Below the pieces are notes generated by a model. That model made no database searches and was not told the DNA's origin. It saw only the letters and a program-made list of their open reading frames with translations. A DNA stretch of 64,000 bases from Rhizophagus irregularis (lineage: Eukaryota): positions 186,001-250,000 of the forward strand of contig NC_089435.1 in assembly GCF_026210795.1 (NCBI RefSeq), in the 5' to 3' direction. Positions 50,656-64,000 of the stretch are shown here, piece by piece. Position 1 is the stretch's first letter. Every line of letters begins with the position of its first letter. The position numbers and the translations under genes are program-made.

Positions 50656-52130
50656 ATGTCACTTCTTAAGATCGAAGATATAAAAAAATTGAATGATTTT
50701 GAACTTAATATTTTTTTAAAACAGAAATTGCCAGATATTAAAAATTACATAGATATTATCACAGACCAAGAAGTTGATGGTCAAACTTAACTTTTAATAT
50801 CTATTGTTTTATTTTTTCACCTTTTCCTGAATACTCAATTATTTCTTGTGCTTTTCTTTCCTACTTCTTATCATCAAACCTGCCCAAAAAATACATTTGC
50901 GTTATCGTAAAGCAACCTGTTGTTGGTAAGTGAGTCATAATAGATTTGGTTAACGCAACCTGTTTTTTGCAATTATAACTTGTGCTAAAGGCTCTTTTTT
51001 TTTCTGTGTAGCTGGCACGAAATCCCCAAACTACGTTTGTATATTCGTGGATAATTCCAATTTTATAGCACAAGGAGAGTATTCCATATGCTATAAAAGA
51101 CCCTTAAACGACCTTCTTTATTACAATCAAATCATTTTTGATTATGGTTTACTTCTTAAATAAGTTGTGGGTGATTGTGAGTTACCCCCGTCATTGTAGG
51201 TTCTGAAATCCTGATAAATGACTCAATCTTTAAAGAAGGATATGACGTCAATGTGTTTGGACGAAATTGTGCAAGCAGAGAAAAGGGTGTCGACAATTTC
51301 ATCACACTTAAAATTGCCAAAATGATTTACACAGAAAGTCCTGGTATATTGGTTTTAATTGCCAGAGACAGTGATTATTATGGAACATTATTGGAAGCTA
51401 TCGACTACAATTGGAAGGTCGAGTTTTGGAAATTGGGTATATTAAATTCACTTAATAAACACGAACCTACTGATCTTTGTACAAAACATTTGTCCCTGTG
51501 AAAGTATCAGATCAATTTAAGCTCTGTACTTCTATTCCCTATGGGGGATCAGGTCACATCAAGAGCAATAATAAAATACACTACATACAACTGGACCCAA
51601 TTCTGTTTATTATAGAATGAATAGGACCCCGGATATCTAATATAAAGGTCATAATGGACTTTTGGCCAAAAACCCCCCTTTTTGCTGAAACTCAAAAAAT
51701 CGTTTTTTGTAAATATCTCAGCATCCAGTAATTCAATTTTAATGAACTTTTTTTTATTTTGTAGCCCTCATTTAGCTCTACAATTTAAAAAAAAGTTCAT
51801 CAAAATTGGACCACTGGATGCCGAGATATTTACAAAAAACGATTTTTTGGGCCCCTGAAAAATGGGCCAATCTGCCGAAAGTGTGACTTATGACCTGTTT
51901 TGGAGATATCCGGGGTCCTGAATGAATACCCTTGAGATCACATGTGATACTATAGTTGAAGATAAAGAGATAGTGAGTGGTTTGCCAATTTAAATTTATT
52001 CAGTTGGATTCACTGGGAAGGCAAGAATATCATTTTATATCTTAAATGAAAGAGAATTGAATATCACAAAGGAATGGATTGTGAGGGAACGCAAAGGAAT
52101 ATCAATTTGGGAGAAGAATGTGAGCCATTT
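50656..52130 (+). pseudogene. NYN (PIN-fold) ribonuclease-like pseudogene with SAM-like N-terminus, interrupted by a MITE
   Basis: IFVDNSNF (~51040), REKGVD, LVLIARDSDY...WKVEFW; stops and frameshifts. Confidence 0.65.
51623..51919 (+). mobile_element. ~296-bp MITE, copy 3
   Basis: Same TIRs; perfect 8-bp TSD gaatgaat. Confidence 0.92.
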
Positions 52131-53189
52131 TAATAATTATATTCAGTTTTTCATTAATTGATTACTTACTTTTAAATGTCAAATTTGGATTATTATTTAG
52201 GTACAAAAAAAAAATCAAACCGAAATTTCTACAAGAAATATTAATTATTTGTCATGCATTTATATTATATCAGTCAAAAAAATGATAACTTAGAAGTTTA
52301 TTTCAGCAATATAGGTTCACTATAATCTTGTATGATTCCTATACAATGTAAAAATAATAAAGTTCACTTAGATTTCACGCTTTATCTTTTTTAACTGAAT
52401 GTATACGAATGCGTATTATGTGAAGTTGTAACTGAAAATGTAATAAATACCATAAAAAAGAGTGATCACCTGAAATGCGCAGTACGATATCGGGAAAATT
52501 CTTGCCGAAGAATAGGGGCTGTGCGACGTAAGAATATTTTGCATTATTTTTTTCTGTTCACGCTAGTATCATACTAACAAAACAATATTCGAATAAAGAT
52601 AGTTTTTTTTGACAATCAATAATTCGCATATGGGATTTGGATGTGTATGCTAATCATGAAGTCATCCCGGCTCCTTCGATCAAAAAGGTCCCTCTGGGAC
52701 CAAAGCTTTCCTATTTTTTCTATACATTAATCCCTAAAAATATTTCACAAAATAGTTAGTTTGCTTATCTTCCGCAGTATCAAAGGTACAAGGGAGGCGA
52801 TTTGCATGGGGGATTAACGTCATGACGAAATGCAGTGCGTAATTGCTGGTGAAAATCCGATAATATTTGGTTAAGAGAAATAAATATAAAATAATGGTTT
52901 TCCTTATTGATAAGCCTAAAAAAGTCTATCAATAGTTCAAAATTGTATTCGGGACGTCAGTCTCTGTGGTATAAACCAGTTAATTCACCTCTGTATGATC
53001 AAGTGAATAAATTGTTTGTGTAAAAAAAATTGTAACATGATCGTCTATAGTGGTATGTTGTCAAATCCCAAAACATGAATTTTGATGAATTTATTAAATG
53101 TTTTATTCCATGTACAAAAGTGTATTTTGCGCAAAAAAAAAGTCATTAGAAATGAATGTCTAATTTATTATTATTATTTAAAATAAATG

Positions 53190-55228
53190 TTATTTTGCAC
53201 TAATACTAATAGTAATAACTTCGCCATTCTGAATATTTGCACCTTTAATAGGACTTACTAAAATAGAATTTCCATTTTTTTTCCATTCAACTTTACCATT
53301 CGGGGAAATATTTATAATAAACCCATTTGGGTAATGATATATTTCTTGAATTTTTATAACAGTAGGTTTTTTTATAGATGGATTGATTTCATAAACTAAT
53401 TTAAATTCTTCATCAAATTCCATACTAAGAGTATTTCCTGAAACTGCTTCGGCATAAGTTCTAGAAAATATTTTTGCAACATCTGGCCTTACTTGTCCAG
53501 TATTGGGATCAATTAAACCATCACCAGGTAATTGTCTTGTTAATGGAAAAAAATCCTTGTATTGCCATCCTATCCACGATTGTAAGTATTTATCAGCTGC
53601 TTGTATAATTGTAAGCAACCCTGGAAGATTTTTCCCACTATCATAAGCTGCTTCAAATTCTGTTAGCTAATATAAGGTGGAAACCAAATTTAAAAAAATC
53701 ATTACTAAATTACGCAAAGAAACTATTGAGTTTAATTTACCATTGATGCACCACCAGTTCGTCCAATATCTTCTAAATGAACTTGAAAATCCATATTAGG
53801 TGGCTTTATTCTAACTTCTTTATAATAATGATAACCAAATGAACTTCTATTTTGATAAATAGGACCTCCTGGTACATGATCAAAGTTATTACCGAACAAA
53901 TCCCACGTTACTCCTGTAAAGAATACAATTCCATTATTATCAACTTTGCGCAATTCGGCACTAATTGCATCCCAAAATGGACCTAAATTTGTACGTGTAT
54001 TTACTTTGAAATAAATTAATGTTGGTTAGCATTTTAAATAAGGAAGATATTATTGAATTCTTTGGAACAAGTCTTACCACTTGGTAACCAAAGACCAAGA
54101 TTACTATAGGTATCTCCGGGCCAAGGCTCATTAAGTAAATCATAACCAAGAAGATTGTTACTATTCTTAAATATTGATGCAATTTTTGCCCATTGAGCTG
54201 CAAATGCGTCTCTTAAACCATCATAATTATCATATAATCTCTGCCATGCCACATTTACTGCACGTGAGAGATACAATAATGCCCAATTCACTCTTCCACA
54301 AGTTACTTTATCTGGAAGTCCTGTTATAGGATCATATATTGCTGCTGTTAGTCCTATAGGTATCGGAAACGGCCATGTACCTTCTGTTCGAACTGCCCAT
54401 CTTGGAAACTACAAATTTAAGGGTTTAACCAAATGAAAAGATCGTTTCTTCGTATGCATATTAATTACTTACACCTTCTCCACAAAACTTATCGCTCATT
54501 ACATCCTAAATTAATAACCAATAAAAAAAAATTTATTAAATTTTTTTTTAAAAAAATTAAAAAGACAAAAGGGTTTGTTTACCTGATGAGAATCTAATAG
54601 CACGTAAATTCCATACAAATTACACTTGTCTACAATACTTTTTATGATTTTTAAATAAGTTTCATTATATTTTCCTCGTACTGGTTCAACGCCAGCCCAT
54701 AGAACTCCAAGTCTAATAACATTCATATTAACACTGGCCAAAATCTAGTCGCAGAGTATGTTTTTGTTTAGGAAGTGATCAAACTGTTTTGGACATAAGC
54801 ATAAGCATGTACGGTATTAAAAAAAGGTCAAACCTTCATATCTTCTTCGGTGAACGAAGTTACAGGATCAAATGCATCAATTCTAGGATAGTATGGGAAT
54901 CCTTTATAAACCTTTCAACAAAACCAAATAAGTATCGAAAAAAAATATTCTAAACATTTTCTTTGATGAAGAATATACTAGTATATTGTTTTATATAACT
55001 TTTTTTCTTTGGATATCATAATGGTGAAGGGTCTTTACATACAACGTTCAGTCCACGAAAGAATCTCTGTCTACCGAATTCATCAATATAATGATCATTT
55101 TTAATTCCGATAATCTTTGGCGTGGGTTCCGATGTAGCACGTGTATCTAAGTTTGGAATAGCGATCACATGATATATGTATATTACAGAAAGTAATAAAA
55201 CTAAATGCACTTTTCGTCTAATTATCAT
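53190..55228 (-). CDS. Secreted GH5 endoglycoceramidase-like glycosidase (7 exons)
   Basis: Exons join in frame: DEFGRQRFFRGLNVVYK, NVIRLGVLWAGVEP, LLDSHQD, CGEGFPRW, GYDLLNEPW (acid/base Glu), YHYY, LTEF (nucleophile), FSRTYAEAVSG. Hydrophobic N-terminus. Confidence 0.88.
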
Positions 55229-56888
55229 TTCCCTCTTTAATTTATCAAATGTTGTTAGTACAGTACTTTCCAATACTACTAAAGATGACAGTGTAAAAGG
55301 ATTTTAGATAATGGGGAATGAAATTTATCCCGTCTTTTATACGGTATCTGGTATATTTCCATTCATCGAATCAAAGATCAACAATTAGTTGTGCGCGGCT
55401 TAAATGGCTTTTATGGCGATGCTATTTTTTCACTCTCAAAGCTTGGCTGGAGGCTTGTTAAATGAGAGAAGCCAATATCTTAGGATTGATTATTATTGGA
55501 TATGATAATTGATAAGCCCTTAGTACTGAAGATATTTTTGCCATAGCCATAATTACAACGGTTAAACGTAAAATCTTCTTATCTGTTATTGATATCTTAC
55601 TTTTGATAATTCTACCATAAACGTTCTATTATTTCCAAATACAGGTTTTTTATTTTTAAAATTAAGACTGTATATAAAGGAAAAAAGGTGTTGCATTTAT
55701 TAGTTAGTGGCTTATAAATGCGGCCCGACCTATTAAACCTATTAAATTAAATAAGTGTGGCGCATTATTTTCTTCTAGGCAAACTCTTTAACAAAGTGGT
55801 TTAAGAATTCAATTTAAAATTATATATTACATTGAATTAATTACATTGTACAAACTATCAATAATAAACTTTTCCCTCCGCATCGCCAATTGGAAGCATT
55901 GAAAAATCAATAATATCACAAATACCAATTTGTGCTCGTTTTAATTTATTTCAAGAAAGATGGTCAATGTGACTAATTACATGTAGAAAAACGACAAGAG
56001 GTATAAATACGTTGTAACGAACTCTAATTATAATTAATTGACAACCGCTCGTTCCATAAGAAGCCTACCCTTCATAGCTCGGTTTAATCCTGAGGATTTA
56101 TTTGGAATAAATATTAAATAAACCATAATTCGCGTGACTTTTCTCTAGAAAATTAAGGGTTTTTTTTAAAAAAAGCTTATGAATACGATGTTATGATAAT
56201 ATGATCCGCAGAAAATATTTTACATTATGAAATACTGTAAATACGATAAATGCTAATGAAGCTTATGTTATTTCTAATTTGATAAAATGAATCATTCTTC
56301 AAATTTGATTATACAAGAAAGCAAAAAGGCCAATCACGAATCAAGCTCCTTTTACATGCACTTGGATTACCTATAACAACGTGATTGAATCAATTTGGGA
56401 AAGAAATAAATTGGAAAAGATTATTCTTGTAGGAAACAGATTGTGACTTTTACGATGAGACGTAGGGCGAATCTTGAAACGCATGTTGATATAATCATGT
56501 CTATCTAAGTGTTAAACCTTTTTCTTTTAAAGGATGTCGACGTCTTTGCTAAATAGATAAGCTCCTTACATAAGCTCTATATTCTTTCTTCCTTGTATTT
56601 ATTTTCCACTTCACACTCTTCTCTCTATTAGTTTCACACTACTTTGACTATTATCCAAAGTGTTTCTTTTCCAACGATTTATTTGTCACCAAATATGATA
56701 ACAATCGATAAACAATTTATGCTGGCTAAGGTTTCCAATTGATGGAGAATTAGAAAAGTTAGATGGAGATATCAAATTTTGGAGTTCAAAAAAAACCCGT
56801 TAGAAGAAACTGAAGATCTTTTTCTTTTATTTAAATAAATATTGTAAACTAGTCTCGTCATGCATGCATTTCCAAGATAGAAGAATTA

Positions 56889-57401
56889 TCACCAAACTAT
56901 ACTTTCTTTAACCATTGATTCAATTTCATTAAATAATTCTTTGTCTCCAATTTCTTCATCTTGATCTCCATCATTATTATCACTATTTTTCATTAATGCT
57001 AACCTAACCACTACAGCTCTTCCATCACCAGAATTCTCTGTCGTTATAACAGTAGCTATGTGTGATGCGCATAATTGATATAGCGGAGTAATGGATCCGA
57101 GAAGAAATTTTACATTAGTGGAAGTGGAAGTCGTTACTGAAAGTGGAGAAGGCAACTGTGAGCCAACTGTCACGTAAATCTATCAAAAAAAAAAGGTTAG
57201 AAATAGTTATTATAATTTTTTTTTATCATAGCATTATCTTTGAGAGAACTTGGCGTACCAACTGCCAATTTTCCCGTATTGAGTGACAATTACAAATATT
57301 TTGTCACGAAATCCCATAATTAATACTACCGTTAAGTAAACGAGCTGTTTGTCTTGTTTTTAAAGGAAAATCACTTTTATTCGTTCGAATACATTAGATA
57401 T
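56889..57401 (-). pseudogene. PSMG3: Proteasome assembly chaperone 3 (PAC3/PSMG3)-like, frameshifted
   Basis: FPLKTRQTARLLNG and VLIMGFRDKIFVIVTQYGKIGS lie in different frames; no in-frame ATG; exon 2 has KFLLG...AVVVRLAL. Confidence 0.65.
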
Positions 57402-59019
57402 AAATGACCTCAATAGAGTACGTATAATATTGGGCAAAGAGAATTATTAAATTTGAATGAAATATTTCTGTAAAATAAGGAGTATATATACTTATATACA
57501 GTATATATAAAGAATGTAATAAAATTTAAGATAGTTTTCGACTCAAGTTGATGCACAATTCATACCAAATGATCCGGAGGGAATGCAACTAGAGCAATGA
57601 TTAAGATTTTAAAAAAAAAGAGTTAATCATTATAATATAAAAATAATATTTATTATTCTTTATTAGACGTTGTAAAATTTCAAATCTCTTGAAAAAATGA
57701 TTTATATAAAAATTAATAATGATTTCTTTAAGGTTACAAAATTATTTACATTCATCTAACATCTATTATATCTTTCCACTGATTAAACTGTAAATTAAAT
57801 AAATTTATCAAAGTTCATGATTCAATAATTCATTGTTATATATTTTTATAGTTTAATGGGTTCTAACACGATTGATACACTATTAAAATGTTGCTACGAC
57901 GTATTTATTTTTTTCTAAAATGCAGGATAATTTCACATTTTTGATACAAAATAATAATTTTAAAAATATTTTCCATGAAATCCTATAGGAGTATAGGTGT
58001 CAAACGCAATTATTTATTATAAAACCAATAAACGAATAAAAGTGAATTGAGACATAAAAATATTCGCTCAATTCTATTTTATTTAATATGTACTCTTATA
58101 TATAATATAAATATGCAAGTAAAAGGATATAAAGAATTTGCAATTTTGAAGAAAATAAAACTTTTACTTTTAAAATTAATAAATTATTAGCGAATTAATA
58201 TAACTTTATTTATAACTGTAATATAAATAAGTTTGTGCTGTAAAAAATCAATGATATCCATAGTTTCTCGTGAAAGAACTATCGCATATAATAAGAAAAA
58301 GTAAAATACAGTGTATTATGATTAAGGCCTGCTGGAAGCATTATATCTCCACCCTTAATTTATATTTTAATAGGGTATTTCACTAAGGATCCCTTTTCAT
58401 ACATTCTTGATTCAGCATGACTGGGACATACACGAGTTAAAAAGACTATTTTTACATGTAGAGACAGTAGAATATGCAAAGGTGCAGCTTATTACATTCA
58501 AGGCCAGACCGCCAGAGTATAAAATATTATGTGATTCCCTTAACTTAGTTAAAGAAGCTTTGCAAAAAGAATAATATTTTTCCAATGCATGCCCACTCAC
58601 ATGAAAAAATATGAATGAGTATAGGTGAATCGAATACCGGACTGACCAGATTCGCTTTATTGATACAAAATACAAATAGATTACTTGATCTGCTTGTAGA
58701 TGTGATACATGTTTCTATGGCACATCGAAAAAAAATATATCTCATCTGTAAGTCTCGTCCAGAGCATCAATTCGTAAATACTTTTTTCAAACTGGTTTCT
58801 TTCAAACGAGTTGACGTTCATAACAGGAAGAATTATTTTTAAGTAGATCGATCTCACGCAAAGTCACATTGGCCAATCGTATATAACCGAAAATTACGTA
58901 ATATAATATTTATTATAAATACCTGGAAATCGGGTAAATTTTTTTTTGCGTAATGATAAATTACTTTTACTGATTAAGAGTCTATCTAGAGATCTAGAGT
59001 CTATTTTATTAATTATTAT

Positions 59020-60200
59020 AGAATGATTTTTCACCAACAATAAAAATATTTGATCAACTTTGAGGATATTACTGTTGCAAATTAAAGGAACTTCTTTTTC
59101 GTAGAGATGAAATTAAATTATTAAAGCGGTTAAAATAGTTAGAATGAAAATTTGGAAAGTTATATCCAGCCTTTATACATTTCTACCGAAGATGATATCG
59201 ATAAATTTGCACGATGATAAATTCTACTTGATTGTTTCAATCGAACTGACAAAAAAACTTAAGAAAAAAAATCTTTTTATAATTACCATCCGCTATCACT
59301 GGTAAATGGTTTGCCTCTCATTTTTTGTGTTTCTTATCGCCAAACACTATTTAAAAACACATTCATGATATTGTAGATCAACTTGTCACTACCGGTGAAT
59401 CATAATAAATTAGTCGATGTGAGTGAACGTATTTTGGCATAATCGTTCATTTATTCTGTATTATAATGGAACCATTTTTTTTATAGTAAGGTCTTTAGCC
59501 GGATCCAAGAAGGATTTATACATTGTTGGTGCTTTTGATCACAAATACGTTTTGATCAACTCTGTTTAGATTACGTGAATAGGCATTCTATGGATGGGAT
59601 TATAGTATACCTGCTGTATTGGCGCTTATCGCTGGTGATGCTGACTTCAAGCTCATAATATTACAGACCGCAGTCAAGCTAGGGTTGATGGTTGAAATAT
59701 ATTTTTGGAATATGATGAACCTTCATCATGATTAGATACATGTTTTTGTCCTTTGAAACCATATTTTGAAGTAATGTTTGTTACGAATATCATTTGAATA
59801 TTGTAGCTGATTCACTTGAATTATTGTGCGAAAAAATATTCTAGGAAGACTATTTGATCCTACTAACTTGAATAACCCAAGCTTCGTATCTTTGAATGAA
59901 TTTTCAAGACTATTGCGTATGAATACGTATCCGAAATTTACTATGGATGTAATCGAGTGAAATTTCAACTATCTACAAAACATTTCTAATTGGAAAAGAA
60001 TGAAATAATGGGAGTTTTTATATCGAATTGGGAATTTTCAGTTGGTGGTACTGCGAACATGATTTAATGTGGATGTATTTGAGAGCCTAAGTGATATGTG
60101 AAGAGCATGTCAGCTAATGTAATATTTATGATGATATTGCTTTAATGCTGTTATTAACAGTGCAAAGATAAATCATTAATGTATCAGAGTTAAGTTATCT
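59020..60200 (+). pseudogene. Second NYN-domain pseudogene
   Basis: PAVLALIAGDADF...VEIYFW at ~59610-59710; the rest is heavily decayed; boundaries approximate. Confidence 0.5.
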
Positions 60201-62618
60201 ATCCTGACAGGAAAGGATACTAAACACTATATTAACTGAGATTTAATCCTCAAAATTTTACATAGTTTTTTTTTGTATAAAACTTATGTGAGTGTATTTT
60301 AATTCAACAATCTTCCAACGAATACAATAATTACATTACCAATGTTAATGAAAATACAAGATCAATGACAAAACTCAAGAATAATACTTTTAGACCACTT
60401 GTATGTTGAAAGTATATTATGTGAATTGGAAAAATAAAACTATTACCAATATACTATATTATTTAAAAGAAATAGTCTGATTAACATCATGTAACTGCTG
60501 CACCATATACCAAATACTCTAATGTATATAAATACAAATAATAAATAATACTCATAATACTTTAAAGATAATCAAATTATATGTTAAATTTTTTTTAATA
60601 ATTCTTTATAATAAAATTTATAAAAATTTTTAAAAAATATAATCATGTATTTTTATTTTCTAAAAAAAAAAATTCCAAATTTTGTAAAATTCCTAAAAAA
60701 TTAGGAAATTTTTTTTAAGAAAAATACAAGATTATTTAAAAAAATACTTTAGTAAATACTTTTTTTATTTTTAAGAATTTTATAAATTTAAATTTATTAA
60801 TAAAATTTTTATAATTCTTAATGAAACTTTTTTTGTTAATAAAAATCCTTAAAAAATCTTGATTTTAAAAATTTATTATAGTTAACTTTTCATAAATGCA
60901 TCACTTATAAATATATTTTCTTCCTAAATATATATTTTTTAAGTATATATGACCTTTTAATTAATATTCTTTATTAATACATATCCTTTGTAATTATAAA
61001 TTTTTTCCAATCCTAAGAGGTGCATTTATAGAAAATTAACTGTAATAAATTAGAGTAATATATTTTTTAAAAAAAATTACAAAATTACAAATTTATATAT
61101 AAATAAAATATTGCAAATTTTAAAATTTTAAATTTACAGAATAAGAAGAATAAGAACCAATTTTTCAATTTTTTTTATAATTATTATATCTAAAGTTATT
61201 AATTATAAAAGTTTATTAAATTTAACAATAACTGATAATACTAATTATAAAATTTGAAAATAAAATTATAATTCCAAATATTATTTCAATAAAGCTTTAT
61301 AAAAGTTTTTATAATTTTTATAATTAAAAATTATGTAATATATTAAAAATAAAGTAATATAATATTATAATATTTTATTATACTGTATTTATTTTTACTT
61401 TATAAAATTTTTCATATTAAAATAAATTTTTTTTTAATTATAATTATAATTAAATGAAATAAATAAAAATAAATAAATAAAAAAATAAAATAAATATATA
61501 TATAATGAAATATGGCTTCTTTTTTGAAAAAAAAAAAGAGAAAAATATTATCTGTGAAATTAATAAATATTTTAAATATTTTTTACAAAAATTTTGAAAT
61601 GTAAAAAATAAAATAAATAATAATATTATTAACTATTATTTTATTTAAATTCACAATTCTTTTTTTTTTTTTTTGGGTTGGCAATTTGGCATATAGTATA
61701 CTTGTCATAATATCATATGTTATCAAAATCTACCAATCAAGTTGCATTACTTAAAATAAATTTTTTTTTTTCACTTTTTTGCATTTTTTATACTCAAATG
61801 TATGTTATAAATAATATTGTAACATAAAATGCAACTAAAAGAACGAAAAAAAAAAGAGATTACAAAATTTTTGATGGAAATTCTATTCTAGATTTATAGT
61901 GATTAAATGCATCAAAAAAAAAAACCTTTTTATATTTATCTGTACTGTATAATGAATTGATGTAAAATGTCGATATTAGTAAGTATTAGTCATAACAGTT
62001 AGTTTATCACAACAGTTTGATTACATCCATCAAATATGTTTGAAAATAGCACCTGATGGTACAAGTAACGCAAAAACGATACATTTTTTGAAACTCGACA
62101 TGAAATAAAGGTTGTACAAATTAGTTTAAATTTAAATTGTTTATTTTTGAAATCTGACATAATTTAGGTATAAAAAAAAAGTTTAAATTTTATAATATCC
62201 TATCGTAAATTAATTAGACATATTTGTACATATTAAATGTCATTAATGTCGGATCAATTTATTGACAATTACACAACCACACACTTTTGTACTAGATATA
62301 ACAACATACTCTAACGTCTCACGGATTAAACCCCAAATTGAGGCATTTTATTTATTATATTAATTAATTTTTTTTTTTTCTACGCTGATACTACCTACTA
62401 TATTACGAACAGAAATACTGTAATAATTTGAACATCCACACATTAATATTATTAATGTAAAATATTCTACTTGGAAAAAAAAATTACTAAAATTAAATTA
62501 AAAGTAAATTAAAAATTTAAAAAAAAAAAACTGTACAAAAAAATTTAAAGTTTGTTTTGTAAAATTATATACTGTATATATAAAATAGGGGAAATAAATC
62601 TATTATTATTATTATTAT

Positions 62619-64000
62619 CTAAATATCCATAAATTCTGGATGAGCTTCTAAATCAGGCAATTTCCCCAACATATTTACCCACTCACGTAAAGTACCTTCA
62701 TCCAACATGTCATTTGTTCGTTTACAATTTCCTTTAACATCAATATGTTTATTAGTAAAATAATTTACTTCTCCATTATCATCATTTTCGTCAAGTTCCT
62801 CATCAAAATAATCTTGTAATGATATTGATGATGATGATTTCTTTTGTTTTAAGCCGGTTAAGTTTGTGGGAACATCTTTTTCTCGTTGCTTATGAGTTGA
62901 TGAAAAAGATGAATGTGGCGATGAAAATGATGAATTTGAAGAGCAACTTGATGCATCATTTGATGGTTCAGGTATAATTTTTCGTACAAAAGCACCCGTA
63001 CGCTTAATTGCATCAGTAGCCGCTGGATGAAACAAGAATAATTGAAATACATGTGGCATAGCTCTAAATTATAAAAAAGTAAATAATAATGTTAAAAATA
63101 AATTAACATATGATGATAAAGAATTACTTATGAGATGATGATTACTTACTCATAGACGTTGAGATTAACTTTGGTCGGAGGATAAGATCTTACTCCTGGT
63201 TTATTACATTCAAAAATTTCGGGATGAGTTTTTGCCGCTTTATGAGCCAACAAAATTGATTCGTCTCTTAATCGTTCTCCACTTCCACATGTCTATATAA
63301 AAAAAATATATATTATATTATTATTATTATTATTATTATTAACTGGAAATTATAAGAAAACATCACGATTAAAATATAAAGTACTTACAATAAAAATTTC
63401 ACCCAACCCTCCCAAATCATCAGAAAGAATTGGGGAAACATAAGGAATGGATAAAGCAGAATTATATGCATAATATTGAACTCTTTCTAATCTTTGTTGA
63501 ATATTTTTATAATCCTTTATTGGATTAGCAGGAGAAGCTTTATGTACAAAACCATTTGGTATATAATCAGTTGGACCATTTGAAAATATAGAAGGTAAAG
63601 AATGATAAAGATCAACCCAAGGAGACCAACAAGCAGCACCAGCAGGTTGAGGTAGACCTGCATCCCTTAAAACGAGCATTAAAGATAAAGCCAAACCACC
63701 ACCAGCAGAATCACCCATGATAACAATTTGTTTTGGATTTATAGGATCGAAACCAGCATCAGCAGGAGGTTGTATTAAATAAAGATAAGCAGCCAAAGAA
63801 TCAACAACAGCAGCAGGAAAAGGGGATTGAGGGGCTAATCTATAATCAATACTAAAAGCTCTAGCGGCACTAGCTTTAGCAACTTTTTGTATTAAAAATC
63901 TATGTTGAGCGGCACTACCCATAAAATAAGCACCACCATGTATATATAAAATTACTCTATCAGCGGAAGTTAATTTCTTTCTATTCTTTGCCTCAACCCA
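62619..64000 (-). CDS. HSL-family alpha/beta hydrolase (esterase/lipase); 5' end lies outside the window
   Basis: HGGAY oxyanion motif, DYRLAP, GDSAGG, GERLRDE, MPHVF; exons end at 63389, span 63292-63150, and start at 63063. Confidence 0.9.

Noticed and set aside
58300..58842. Cluster of short ORFs on both strands
   Set aside because: No recognisable motif or consistent exon structure.
60501..61698. Possible Transib/CACTA-like element (caccatataccaaat / atttggcatatagta)
   Set aside because: The inverted repeat is imperfect with no convincing TSD; too degraded to call.

Overview
Strongly AT-rich eukaryotic DNA with short GT-AG introns. The gene families and transposon types suggest an arbuscular mycorrhizal (Glomeromycotina, Rhizophagus-like) fungus; this is inferred, not proven. 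The main feature is a ~21 kb array (5.4-26.6 kb) of seven paralogous secreted zinc-metalloprotease-like genes. They share a leishmanolysin/GP63-like motif order (HExxHGLGF, a distal His, then a DFLM Met-turn). Six end in GPI-like hydrophobic tails, one looks soluble, and one intact copy has lost all three zinc-binding His. Interspersed are an ML (MD-2/NPC2-like) lipid-binding gene, tRNA-Ser(TGA), a Cys-rich single-pass membrane protein, and a PlsC-family acyltransferase whose reading frame appears to need a 1-nucleotide exon (23561). The 27-52 kb region is transposon-rich: hAT-type MITEs, an Academ/DUF6589-like relic, and an 8 kb Mutator element with a nested satellite-filled CACTA element. 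An intact 8-Cys defensin-like gene sits inside this region. The right end holds a secreted GH5 endoglycoceramidase-like gene, a PAC3 pseudogene, a NYN pseudogene and a partial HSL-family esterase.
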